A stretch of 63,810 nt of DNA, filler included, from Vicugna vicugna (Eukaryota), in the NCBI GenBank assembly GCA_013265495.1. It is 84 parts of 80 records of this genome, joined end to end, with 100 filler letters (N's around TTAATTAATTAA, not from the genome) between each part and the next. Parts side by side here need not be neighbours in the genome. Positions count along the whole stretch, not along the records: positions 24,934 to 25,363 come from PNXW01016404.1; positions 25,464 to 26,443 come from MU060875.1; positions 26,544 to 27,205 come from PNXW01016407.1; positions 27,306 to 28,104 come from MU060877.1; positions 28,205 to 28,655 come from PNXW01016428.1; positions 28,756 to 29,464 come from PNXW01016429.1; positions 29,565 to 30,993 come from MU060878.1; positions 31,094 to 31,701 come from MU060881.1; 76 more parts are not named here. One strand, written 5' to 3'. Shown in pieces: positions 24,934 through 36,838 of the stretch (positions are counted from its first letter, which is position 1; each line of letters opens with the position of its first letter). Position numbers and translations under genes: made by a program. Below the pieces are notes generated by a model. That model searched no databases. It worked only from the letters and a program-made list of their open reading frames with translations, and was not told the DNA's origin.

Positions 24934-25363
24934 ACATACATATATATGTGGAGGTACAAGCTCCAGGACGATTTTACAATGAAAACTGCAGGATCTTCAA
25001 ACCAGCACAAGGAAACAGACTGAGAAACAGATTAAGTGTTTCTCCTGCTACCCGTTCCCTTGGTGCTGGATGAACGATCGTTTCTCCACATGCTCAGTTC
25101 TGAGAGATAAGTGTGTGTGAAAGCCCTCCTCCACCTAGCTGAAAGGGAACAGTATGTTTCTTTTCATTTGCGTACTCCACTACATACATATATATGGGGA
25201 GGTACAAGCTCCAACTATCGGTTTTACAGTGAAAACTGCAGGAAATTTTAACTGGCAAAAGGAAACAGACTGAGAATCCAGAGAAAGTCTCTCTCTTGCA
25301 ACCCGTTCCCTTTGTGCCGGTTGAAAGAACTTCTCTAACATGCTCAGTTCAAAGAGAAAATTG
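24934..25363 (+). repeat. Satellite S5 (~248-bp monomer)
   Basis: GAGGTACAAGCTCCA at 24951 and 25199 (period 248). Confidence 0.9.
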
Positions 25364-26543
25364 NNNNNNNNNNNNNNNNNNNNNNNNNNNNNNNNNNNNN
25401 NNNNNNNTTAATTAATTAANNNNNNNNNNNNNNNNNNNNNNNNNNNNNNNNNNNNNNNNNNNNTTCCAGCAGGCCAGATAGCTATGAAGGGTTTTCAATA
25501 GAGGCACCTAGAAGCTGAGAGACACGGCCTCCAGGACACTAAAAAAAGCTGCCCGAACTGCCTTCTCCATGGCACTACTGAAATAGGAAAGGGCAAATCT
25601 TACTCCATATTTGATCTGTTCCTTTGATTTTAACAAAGCCATGTTAATATGCTCCGGTCTTTTCATGGGTTATGATGTCACAGAGGAGATGGACAGGTCA
25701 ACAATGAACCACTCTGCCGTGATCACGGAGCCGGGGAAACGGATGGGCTGCAAGATGTATGACGCAGCCACAACTGTGCCCGTGCTTCTAGGCAGGTACC
25801 CAAAGTCGCTTCGACAAAGTGTCAAATACTTGTGCCCACGTCCTCATCAACAGACATGTATTAAAGAGAAATGGAAACATATAAAAGGCCAATACCCTTA
25901 CTGGGTACACTGTCCAAAGAGCAATGTCTCAGTTTGACAACTGGCCATCTCGGTTCCCTGGGATTCATTCTTTGAGAACCTTAAAAACCACTCCTCTGTC
26001 CTCAAGAAGTGCTGCATATTTGTCCTATCTTTGGCTCAGGGATGGAGCACGTTCAAGTGAACTTTAATGTCTGCAAAGATTTGATTGTTTTTCTCCNNNN
26101 NNNNNNNNNNNNNNNNNNNNNNNNNNNNNNNNNNNNNNNNNNNNNNNNNNNNNNNNNNNNNNNNNNNNNNNNNNNNNNNNNNNNNNNNNNNNNNNNNNNN
26201 NNNNNNNNNNNNNNNNNNNNNNNNNNNNNNNNNNNNNNNNNNNNNTCACCCACCCTTCACTGTTTTCTTAATCTCCTCTCCTGGCTAATTTCAACAGACT
26301 AACACCTCCCTCCACCAAGTTACCCAACTATGACATTTTGTCTCCCCAAAGAGAAAGTAAATTCCATAAAAGAGGGGGCAACTACATGGTCACCTCTAAA
26401 TTCCTAGCATATAGTAATGTCAATAAATAGAACTATGATTATGNNNNNNNNNNNNNNNNNNNNNNNNNNNNNNNNNNNNNNNNNNNNTTAATTAATTAAN
26501 NNNNNNNNNNNNNNNNNNNNNNNNNNNNNNNNNNNNNNNNNNN

Positions 26544-27205
26544 TATGTAAACAATGTAAATTAAATGTGTATTGGTGAGAATTTGCTCTAAGATTGTTTT
26601 CTGGTGTCAAATGTCCGATTTTTGAACCTGGTGATACAAAAAAACTTATGAAGTCAGAGTAAAAATTTCTAAGTTTATATTTGCCTTGTATGGTGGATGA
26701 AAGTTCAATAATCCACATGCTCAAACCCAGAGACTCATGTTTTCGTATCTGTCATGCATGAATCATGTACGGAACCCGGAATGCCATGTTGATGGAATTC
26801 ATGTAAATTACATATCTGTTAGGTGGAAATCGCTCCTGAATTATTTTTCTGTGAAAAAAGCACGAATTCGAAACTGGAGTTAGGGAAAGCTTGTGAAAAT
26901 GTTTACACGTGTCTAGATGAAAATATTCCTTTAATAGAGAATGAAAGATTAGTTATCCAGATGCCCTCAACTCAGGAATGCTTGTTTGTCAATTCGTTCA
27001 TTTATGTAGCATGTAAGGAACACGGAATATCATGCAAATGTAATATATTCTAATTACATATCTCTAGGGTAGAATTCATTCCAAGAGGGTTTTTCTGTAC
27101 TGTGATTATTGAACCTGGTGATAGGCAGACTACGAAGTCAAAATAAATATTTCAGAGTGGATAGGTAACTTTTTTGGTGTTTGAAACATCAGTCATGCGC
27201 ATGTT
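26544..27205 (+). repeat. Satellite S2
   Basis: Subunits C, A, B in the same cyclic order as 28756-29464. Confidence 0.92.
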
Positions 27206-27335
27206 NNNNNNNNNNNNNNNNNNNNNNNNNNNNNNNNNNNNNNNNNNNNTTAATTAATTAANNNNNNNNNNNNNNNNNNNNNNNNNNNNNNNNNNNNNNN
27301 NNNNNGCGGATTAGCAGCTAAGAGCATAGACTAGA

Positions 27336-27488
27336 GAGGGGAGGGTACTGTTTAACTGACGGGGTGCATGCTTAGCATGCATAAGGTCCTGGGTTCAGCC
27401 CCCAACACCTCCTCTAAAATAGACAAATAACCCTAATTACCTCCCCACCCCCCACCAGAATTACCTTATTATCTCCCTGCCACCAAAA
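27336..27488 (+). mobile_element. tRNA-derived SINE (camelid-type, longer-tail variant)
   Basis: GGGGAGGGTA...GTGCATGCTTAGCATGCATAAGGTCCTGGGTTCAGCCCCCAACACCTCC followed by an AAATAACCCTAATTACCTCCCC tail; homologous to 3270-3373. Confidence 0.8.
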
Positions 27489-28204
27489 NNNNNNNNNNNN
27501 NNNNNNNNNNNNNNNNNNNNNNNNNNNNNNNNNNNNNNNNNNNNNNNNNNNNNNNNNNNNNNNNNNNNNNNNNNNNNNNNNNNNNNNNNNNNNNNNNNNN
27601 NNNNNNNNNNNNNNNNNNNNNNNNNNNNNNNNNNNNNNNNNNNNNNNNNNNNNNNNNNNNNNNNNNNNNNNNNNNNNNNNNNNNNNNNNNNNNNNNNNNN
27701 NNNNNNNNNNNNNNNNNNNNNNNNNNNNNNNNNNNNNNNNNNNNNNNNNNNNNNNNNNNNNNNNNNNNNNNNNNNNNNNNNNNNNNNNNNNNNNNNNNNN
27801 NNNNNNNNNNNNNNNTAATTCAGGATTTTTCCCTCTGAAATACCATTTTCTGTATATGCACTAGAAAGCCACAGGGTTTTCCAAATTTCATCTGTCTGGG
27901 TTCTTGTCATGATGGCAATACTGCAGAGTGCTGACATTTTTTAAGGACTCCGTCTGAGTTGACAGCAACCCCTCAAATTCAGGAGCGCTTCTCTAACTGA
28001 TAATATCTCGCGTGAAATGAAGTGCTTAAAATGTAATAGCTTCAGATGCTTAATGATGTCATAAATGCAAGGATGTTATATCTAAGCTCTTTAAATAAAT
28101 CCTGNNNNNNNNNNNNNNNNNNNNNNNNNNNNNNNNNNNNNNNNNNNNTTAATTAATTAANNNNNNNNNNNNNNNNNNNNNNNNNNNNNNNNNNNNNNNN
28201 NNNN

Positions 28205-28655
28205 TTCATCCACCAAAAAAGGCATATATACAATTAGAACTATTTACTCTGACTTCATATTTTTTTTCTATCACTAGTTTCTAAAATCGGACATTTGGCA
28301 CCAGGAAACACTTTTTGAGCGAATTCTCACCAATACATATGTATTTTATATTGTTTACATAACCATGGCATTCCGTATTCCGAAAACATTTGTCATGAAA
28401 CACGGATTCCACAAACATTCATCTGAGTTGTGAACATGCACATGACTGATGTTTCAACCATAAAAATTTACTTATGCACTTTGGAATATTTACCTTGACT
28501 TCATAGATTCTTCCTATCACCAGTTTCAAGAATCACACATTCATCCCAGAAAAACACTCTTGGTGTGAATTCTACCCAAGACATACGTAATTTGAATAGA
28601 TTCAATCAAAATGATATTCCATGATCCGTACATGCTACATGCATGACGGATTCGA
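28205..28655 (-). repeat. Satellite S2
   Basis: Reverse complement of the S2 subunits. Confidence 0.9.
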
Positions 28656-28755
28656 NNNNNNNNNNNNNNNNNNNNNNNNNNNNNNNNNNNNNNNNNNNNT
28701 TAATTAATTAANNNNNNNNNNNNNNNNNNNNNNNNNNNNNNNNNNNNNNNNNNNN

Positions 28756-29464
28756 ACGGAACCCGGAATGCCATGTTGATGGAATTCATGTAAGTTACAT
28801 GTCTATTTCATTGGAATCGTTCCAGAAGCATTTTTATGTGAAAAATGCAAGAATTCGACACTGGTGTTAGGGAAAGCTTGTGAAAATGAGTACACGTTTC
28901 TAGATGAAACATTCCTTTTATAGAGGATGAAAGATCAGTAATCCACATGCTCTCAACTCAGGAATGCATGTTTGTCGAATCTGTCATGCATGAAGCATGT
29001 ACTGAGCACGGAATATCATGTTGATGGAATCTATTTAACTTATATATCTCTAGGGTAGAATTCGCACCAGGAGGATTTTTCTGAGATAAAAGTGTCATTG
29101 TTGAAACTGGTGATAGAAAGAACATACGAAGTAAAAGTAAATATTTCGAAGTGCGTAGGTAAAGTTTTTTTGTGTTTGAAATATGAGTCATGCGAATGTT
29201 CACAACTCAGAAATTCATGTTTGATGAATCCGTGATACATGAAACATGTTCGGAATACGGAATGTCACGGTTATGTAAACAATGTAAATTACATGTGTAT
29301 TGGTGAGAATATGCTCAAAGAGTTTTTTCTGGAGCCAAATGTCCGATTTTAGAACCTGGTGATAGAAAAAGCCTCTGAAGTAAGAGTACACATTCTAAGT
29401 TAATATATGCCTTGTTTGCTGGATGAAAGTTCACTAATTCACATGCTCACAACTCAGAAATCCA
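28756..29464 (+). repeat. Satellite S2, nearly one full ~740-bp higher-order unit
   Basis: CGGAAT landmarks at 28764, 29009 and 29258 mark three diverged ~245-249-bp subunits. Confidence 0.93.
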
Positions 29465-30569
29465 NNNNNNNNNNNNNNNNNNNNNNNNNNNNNNNNNNNN
29501 NNNNNNNNTTAATTAATTAANNNNNNNNNNNNNNNNNNNNNNNNNNNNNNNNNNNNNNNNNNNNGTGGGAGGGAGGCCAAGGACAACCGAGCAAATAAAA
29601 ATAATCGGGTAAATAAGGAAACAATGTCAGATTGAAATGAAGGAAATAACACTGTGTTGAGATGGGAGACTTGNNNNNNNNNNNNNNNNNNNNNNNNNNN
29701 NNNNNNNNNNNNNNNNNNNNNNNNNNNNNNNNNNNNNNNNNNNNNNNNNNNNNNNNNNNNNNNNNNNNNNNNNNNNNNNNNNNNNNNNNNNNNNNNNNNN
29801 NNNNNNNNNNNNNNNNNNNNNNNNNNNNNNNNNNNNNNNNNNNNNNNNNNNNNNNNNNNNNNNNNNNNNNNNNNNNNNNNNNNNNNNNNNNNNNNNNNNN
29901 NNNNNNNNNNNNNNNNNNNNNNNNNNNNNNNNNNNNNNNNNNNNNNNNNNNNNNNNNNNNNNNNNNNNNNNNNNNNNNNNNNNNNNNNNNNNNNNNNNNN
30001 NNNNNNNNNNNNNNNNNNNNNNNNNNNNNNNNNNNNNNNNNNNNNNNNNNNNNNNNNNNNNNNNNNNNNNNNNNNNNNNNNNNNNNNNNNNNNNNNNNNN
30101 NNNNNNNNNNNNNNNNNNNNNNNNNNNNNNNNNNNNNNNNNNNNNNNNNNNNNNNNNNNNNNNNNNNNNNNNNNNNNNNNNNNNNNNNNNNNNNNNNNNN
30201 NNNNNNNNNNNNNNNNNNNNNNNNNNNNNNNNNNNNNNNNNNNNNNNNNNNNNNNNNNNNNNNNNNNNNNNNNNNNNNNNNNNNNNNNNNNNNNNNNNNN
30301 NNNNNNNNNNNNNNNNNNNNNNNNNNNNNNNNNNNNNNNNNNNNNNNNNNNNNNNNNNNNNNNNNNNNNNNNNNNNNNNNNNNNNNNNNNNNNNNNNNNN
30401 NNNNNNNNNNNNNNNNNNNNNNNNNNNNNNNNNNNNNNNNNNNNNNNNNNNNNNNNNNNNNNNNNNNNNNNNNNNNNNNNNNNNNNNNNNNNNNNNNNNN
30501 NNNNNNNNNNNNNNNNNNNNNNNNNNNNNNNNNNNNNNNNNNNNNNNNNNNNNNNNNNNNNNNNNNNNN

Positions 30570-30993
30570 TTGTTTAATCTCCATGCTTTCCTTTTTTTCT
30601 CCTTTGTTTCTCTGTTGTTGATTTCTAGTTTCATGGCATTGTGGTCAGTAAAGATGATTGAGATAATTTCTATCTTCTTAAAATTGTTGAGGCTTCTTTT
30701 GTGCCCAAGTACATGATCAATGCTAGAAAATGTTCCATGTGCACTTGAAAAGAATGTATATCCTATTTTTTGGGAGTGTAATGCTCTGAAAATATCCACC
30801 AAATCTAATGTTTCTATTGTATTATTTAATTTCTCTGTTGCCTTATTTATTTTCTATCTGGAAGATCTGTCTAGTGATGTTAATGCACTGTTAAAATCTC
30901 CAACTATGATTGTACTCACATCAATATCCCCCTTTACCTCTGTTAGTGGTTGTTTTATGTACTTAGGTGCTCATGTTGGGTGCATATATATTA
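30570..30993 (-). mobile_element. LINE-1 ORF2 endonuclease domain fragment
   Basis: DIFRALHSQKIGYTFFSSAHGTFSSIDHVLGHKRSLNNFKKIEIISIIFTDHNAMKLEIN matches the L1 EN C-terminal motifs. Confidence 0.96.
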
Positions 30994-31093
30994 NNNNNNN
31001 NNNNNNNNNNNNNNNNNNNNNNNNNNNNNNNNNNNNNTTAATTAATTAANNNNNNNNNNNNNNNNNNNNNNNNNNNNNNNNNNNNNNNNNNNN

Positions 31094-31701
31094 ACAGAGT
31101 CCACGCTTCTTTCTGGGTACACAGGTGTTCCCAGGTTGGGGATGTATGTAAACACTTCCACTGATCATAAAGAGGCACTCGCTATTACTTTGTTTTAGTG
31201 TCCAACCACACCTTCGCTCACAGCCCGGCCTATGGAAACACTCAGGGAAGTCAAGCCAAGTAATTCTATTAGATCCCAGGTGCTGCTGTTAGTTGGAGGA
31301 GTCTCCCCACACTCAGGATACCAGAACACCACATCGTGTGTGTGCTGAAGTTGGGGAAACAGTGTCNNNNNNNNNNNNNNNNNNNNNNNNNNNNNNNNNN
31401 NNNNNNNNNNNNNNNNNNAAATCCCGTGGAGAGGCACTCAATAATACTTGGTTTTAGAGCCCAACCCTCACATTCCCCCGCACTCCCGCCTAGGCTAGCA
31501 ATCAGTGAAGACAAGTTAATGGATTCGATTAAAACCCAGGCCCTGCTGTCAGTTGTAGGTGCCTCCCCAAACTCAGGAAACCTCAACCCGTCTTCGTGTG
31601 TGTCCTGGAGTTCGGGAAACAGTGTCAATGCATTTCTTGGGGGGCACAGTTGTTCAAAGTTTGGGGATGTATTTTAAACTCCTCCACTGCCCAGAGAGAG
31701 G
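31094..31701 (+). repeat. Satellite S4
   Basis: ATTAGATCCCAGGTGCTGCTGTTAGTTGGAGGAGTCTCCCCACACTCAGGATACCAGAAC core; two different monomer types. Confidence 0.88.
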
Positions 31702-31801
31702 NNNNNNNNNNNNNNNNNNNNNNNNNNNNNNNNNNNNNNNNNNNNTTAATTAATTAANNNNNNNNNNNNNNNNNNNNNNNNNNNNNNNNNNNNNNNNNNN
31801 N

Positions 31802-32244
31802 TTTGAATAGATTCCATCTACATGATATTCCATGTTCCGTACATGTACATACATGACAGATTAGACAAACAAGCATTCCTGAGTTGAGGGCATCTGGATT
31901 ACTAACCTTTCATCCTCTATAAAAGGAATATTTTCGTCTAGACACGTGTACACATTTACACAATCTTTCCCTAATACCAGGTTCGAATTCGTGCATTTTC
32001 CACAGAAAAATATTTCTGGAGCGATTTCCACCTAACAGATATGTAATTTGCATGAATTCCAACAACATGGAAACATGGTATGTTCCGTACATGCTACATG
32101 TATGACTGATTCGGCAATCATACGATTCTGACTTGTGAGTATGTGGATTACTGACCTATCATTCACTAAATAAGGTGTATATAGGCTTAGATTATTTAAC
32201 TGACTTCATAGATTTTTTCTATCACCAGTTTCTAAATTCGGACA
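31802..32244 (-). repeat. Satellite S2
   Basis: Reverse complement of the S2 subunits. Confidence 0.9.
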
Positions 32245-32344
32245 NNNNNNNNNNNNNNNNNNNNNNNNNNNNNNNNNNNNNNNNNNNNTTAATTAATTAA
32301 NNNNNNNNNNNNNNNNNNNNNNNNNNNNNNNNNNNNNNNNNNNN

Positions 32345-32534
32345 TGAAGAGAGCTGCGTGGAGTTGTCTCTCGAATTCCCCCACGCACTCACAATGGTTC
32401 CGGAATACTTACCGTGGGGAGGTTCCACCAACGGTGGGCAGCGCGTGGGTTCTAACGAAATGCCTAAGCTCGTCTCCCCTGAGGTATTTCCTAATTTCTT
32501 TGTGCCAGGGAATGCTAGGGGGGTTTGCAGGATA
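32345..32534 (-). repeat. Satellite S1 partial monomer
   Basis: Reverse-complement S1 motifs. Confidence 0.93.
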
Positions 32535-32634
32535 NNNNNNNNNNNNNNNNNNNNNNNNNNNNNNNNNNNNNNNNNNNNTTAATTAATTAANNNNNNNNNN
32601 NNNNNNNNNNNNNNNNNNNNNNNNNNNNNNNNNN

Positions 32635-32807
32635 CTAACACCATGTTCAAATTCGTGCATTTTTCACAGAAAAATAGTTTTGGAGTGAATTCCACCTAAC
32701 CAATATGTAATTTTCATGTATTCCAACAACATGGCATTCCGGGTTCCGTACATGCTACATGCATGACCGATTCGGCAATCATGCATTTCTGACTTGTGAG
32801 CATGTGG
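32635..32807 (-). repeat. Satellite S2 fragment
   Basis: catggcattccgggttccgtacatgctacatgcatgac. Confidence 0.9.
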
Positions 32808-32907
32808 NNNNNNNNNNNNNNNNNNNNNNNNNNNNNNNNNNNNNNNNNNNNTTAATTAATTAANNNNNNNNNNNNNNNNNNNNNNNNNNNNNNNNNNNNN
32901 NNNNNNN

Positions 32908-32967
32908 GCTACATAAATGACAGATTCGACAAATGTACATTCCTGAGTTGAGAGCATGTGGATTACT
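32908..32967 (-). repeat. Satellite S2 fragment
   Basis: cattcctgagttgagagcatgtggattact. Confidence 0.85.
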
Positions 32968-33067
32968 NNNNNNNNNNNNNNNNNNNNNNNNNNNNNNNNN
33001 NNNNNNNNNNNTTAATTAATTAANNNNNNNNNNNNNNNNNNNNNNNNNNNNNNNNNNNNNNNNNNNN

Positions 33068-33932
33068 GAATGGTGACACAGGTGTTCCCCGGTAGGGGAG
33101 TTCCCTAAATAAATCCTCAGTCAATCGGTTGGAACAAGCTGCTACTTGGCCTCCAAGCACAACCCCCAGCATTCGCTCGCAGCCCAGCCTAGGGATACAC
33201 TCAGGGAATACAGGCTGAGTTATTCTATTCGAACGCAGGTGCGGCTGTCAGTTGGAGGAACTTCCAACACTCAGGATTCCGGATCCCATCCTTGTGTGGG
33301 GGGGAGTTGTGGAGACCCAGTCCACGCAGGTGAATGGGGGCACAGGTGTTCCATTTTAGGGTGAAATCCTCTAAGTACTTCCCCAGTAAATCAGGGGGCA
33401 NNNNNNNNNNNNNNNNNNNNNNNNNNNNNNNNNNNNNNNNNNNNNNNNNNNNNNNNNNNNNNNNNNNNNNNNNNNNNNNNNNNNNNNNNNNNNNNNNNNN
33501 NNNNNNNNNNNNNNNNNNNNNNNNNNNNNNNNNNNNNNNNNNNNNNNNNNNNNNNNNNNNNNNNNNNNNNNNNNNNNNNNNNNNNNNNNNNNNNNNNNNN
33601 NNNNNNNNNNNNNNNNNNNNNNNNNNNNNNNNNNNNNCCTCCACTGCCCATAGAGAGGCACTCGCTATTACTTGGCTTTAGAGCCCAACCCCCACCTTCG
33701 CTCCCAGCCGGTCCTTGGAAATCACACAGGGAAGTCAACCTAAGGGATCCTATTAGATCCCAGATGCTGCTGTCAGTTGGAGGTGCCTCCACACACTCAG
33801 GATACCAGAACACTACTTCACGTGTGTGCTGGAGGTGGGGAAAGAGAGTCAAGGCATTTTTCAAGGAGCACAGGTGTTCCCAGGTTGTGGTTTTTGGTTA
33901 ATAACCTCCACTTCCCATGAAGAAGCACTCGC
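33068..33932 (+). repeat. Satellite S4, gapped
   Basis: The monomer at ~33160-33385 is colinear with the S1 monomer. Confidence 0.88.
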
Positions 33933-34032
33933 NNNNNNNNNNNNNNNNNNNNNNNNNNNNNNNNNNNNNNNNNNNNTTAATTAATTAANNNNNNNNNNNN
34001 NNNNNNNNNNNNNNNNNNNNNNNNNNNNNNNN

Positions 34033-35154
34033 ATTCCATGTTCTAAATTCTGGGTTCTACATTCTCTATTCTTTATTATAAATTGTGTGTTTTTCATTCT
34101 ATGTTCTACATACTATATTTTGCATTCCGTATACTATATTCTATATTCTGTGTCCTACATTCTATATTCTAAATTCTATATTCAGTATTCCGTATGCTAT
34201 ATTCACTTCTGTGTTATGCATTCCATGTTCTAANNNNNNNNNNNNNNNNNNNNNNNNNNNNNNNNNNNNNNNNNNNNNNNNNNNNNNNNNNNNNNNNNNN
34301 NNNNNNNNNNNNNNNNNNNNNNNNNNNNNNNNNNNNNNNNNNNNNNNNNNNNNNNNNNNNNNNNNNNNNNNNNNNNNNNNNNNNNNNNNNNNNNNNNNNN
34401 NNNNNNNNNNNNNNNNNNNNNNNNNNNNNNNNNNNNNNNNNNNNNNNNNNNNNNNNNNNNNNNNNNNNNNNNNNNNNNNNNNNNNNNNNNNNNNNNNNNN
34501 NNNNNNNNNNNNNNNNNNNNNNNNNNNNNNNNNNNNNNNNNNNNNNNNNNNNNNNNNNNNNNNNNNNNNNNNNNNNNNNNNNNNNNNNNNNNNNNNNNNN
34601 NNNNNNNNNNNNNNNNNNNNNNNNNNNNNNNNNNNNNNNNNNNNNNNNNNNNNNNNNNNNNNNNNNNNNNNNNNNNNNNNNNNNNNNNNNNNNNNNNNNN
34701 NNNNNNNNNNNNNNNNNNNNNNNNNNNNNNNNNNNNNNNNNNNNNNNNNNNNNNNNNNNNNNNNNNNNNNNNNNNNNNNNNNNNNNNNNNNNNNNNNNNN
34801 NNNNNNNNNNNNNNNNNNNNNNNNNNNNNNNNNNNNNNNNNNNNNNNNNNNNNNNNNNNNNNNNNNNNNNNNNNNNNNNNNNNNNNNNNNNNNNNNNNNN
34901 NNNNNNNNNNNNNNNNNNNNNNNNNNNNNNNNNNNNNNNNNNNNNNNNNNNNNNTCCATGTTCTCAATTCAATATTCAGTATTCTGTATTCCATATTCTA
35001 AAGTCTGGGTTCTGCAATCTATGTTCTAAGTTCTATGATCAGTATACTGTATTATATATTCTAAATTCTGCGTTCTGCATTCCATGTTCTAAATTCTGGG
35101 TTTTATAACCTATAGTCTATATTCTATATTCTGTGTTCTACATTCTATATTCTA
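34033..35154 (+). repeat. Satellite S3, gapped
   Basis: Heptamer periodicity. Confidence 0.92.
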
Positions 35155-35254
35155 NNNNNNNNNNNNNNNNNNNNNNNNNNNNNNNNNNNNNNNNNNNNTT
35201 AATTAATTAANNNNNNNNNNNNNNNNNNNNNNNNNNNNNNNNNNNNNNNNNNNN

Positions 35255-35942
35255 TAACAAGTAATATAAGGGAATATTATGGATAATTATATAGCCAATA
35301 AATGAGATAATTTAGATGAAATGGATAAATTCCTAGAAGGACATAAATGACTGAAGCTAATTCAAGGAGAAATAGAAAATTCAAATAATCCTACAGTAAT
35401 TAGTGACGAAAATAGTAATCCAAAACATTCCCACAAGGAAATGCTAGGCCCGTATGGCTTTGCTGGTGAATTCCATCAACTACTTAAAGAAAAGACAAAA
35501 ACAAAAACAAACAAAAAAAGAAAACAATGCTTCACAATCTCGTCTAAAAATAAAGAGTTGGGAACACTTCCCAATTTATTCAATGAGACTAGTATCACAC
35601 TGATACCAAAACCAGACAAAAGCATCACAAGAAAACTAAAGACTATCTCTTATGAATATAAATGCAAAAATCCTCAACAGAATACAAGCAAATCCAATCC
35701 AGTAACATATAAAATAGACCACAATTAAGTGGGATGTATCCAGGTATGCAAAGGCAGTTCAACATACAAAAGTCAATTCATGTAATATACATGTAATATG
35801 CCATACTAATAGAAAAAAATGTATAAAAACTAGAAATAGAAGAGAACTTCCTCAATTTGACAGAGAACACCTATGAAAAACCTGGAGCAAAGATCACACA
35901 TAATGTTGAAAGACTGAAATATTTCCTCACACAATCAACATT
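35255..35942 (+). mobile_element. LINE-1 ORF2 fragment (Z region / start of RT), degenerate
   Basis: LDEMDKFLE, GPYGFAGEFHQ and GTLPNLFNETSITLIPKPDK motifs. Confidence 0.92.
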
Positions 35943-36838
35943 NNNNNNNNNNNNNNNNNNNNNNNNNNNNNNNNNNNNNNNNNNNNTTAATTAATTAANN
36001 NNNNNNNNNNNNNNNNNNNNNNNNNNNNNNNNNNNNNNNNNNTGCCTCAACAAACTGAGATGAGACAGTTATCCACTGCAGTCTTGAGATGGGTGTTCTT
36101 GTGTGGGACCATCTCCATGCAAACTGCATGTGCCCAGGGCCTCTTATGGGAGAGCTGGAATTGATGTTGTTGCAACTCACCCCTTTCCTCAGGGTGTACT
36201 GGTAGCTATCACCTTGGTAGGAGGTGGGGCTGGAGATGGAAGAGCTAGAGCTGGCACCAGATCTGAGGCAGGACTTCCTCTTGGCTCAGTGGCCATCACT
36301 GCCCTGTTAGAAGAGGAGTGGTGAAGCAGATGTGGTCCATATATGGACAGAGGTTCAGTGCACTGCTTGTGTAGGCATCTGCCACTCCACTCAGATATTT
36401 GATGCACCTTTGTTGCATTGCATTAAGTTGAGTTGAAANNNNNNNNNNNNNNNNNNNNNNNNNNNNNNNNNNNNNNNNNNNNTTAATTAATTAANNNNNN
36501 NNNNNNNNNNNNNNNNNNNNNNNNNNNNNNNNNNNNNNAAGTTTGCACAGGCCAGCTCTTAAATGCAATGTGTGCCACTGTTTTTCAATGTTCGTTAATT
36601 ACCATAAGCTGCTCTCAGAAACCACTACAGAAAAGACAGGTGGACCCACATCCCTGCCAACAAGGAAGAGGAATTCTGCCTTGCCTTCTCCTGTAATGTG
36701 CAGAAATCTTTCCCTACACCACCAAATTCAAATGTATGCTTCATCCGTGTTTATGTTTGCACACGGAATATTAAAGTAGAAGGGACCTGCAGTAATTCCA
36801 TCTTGGTTCCTTTCCAAGTTTCCAGATTATCCACAGTC

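Noticed and set aside
25600..25900. 108-aa ORF 25611-25937 as a gene
   Set aside because: No recognisable domain. Parts (catcaacagacatgtattaaagagaaatggaaacatata) look like a very decayed L1 3' region, too weak to call.
29517..30621. Long ORFs in the ORF track (also at 11469, 34085, 53340 and others)
   Set aside because: They consist mostly of X residues from N gaps.
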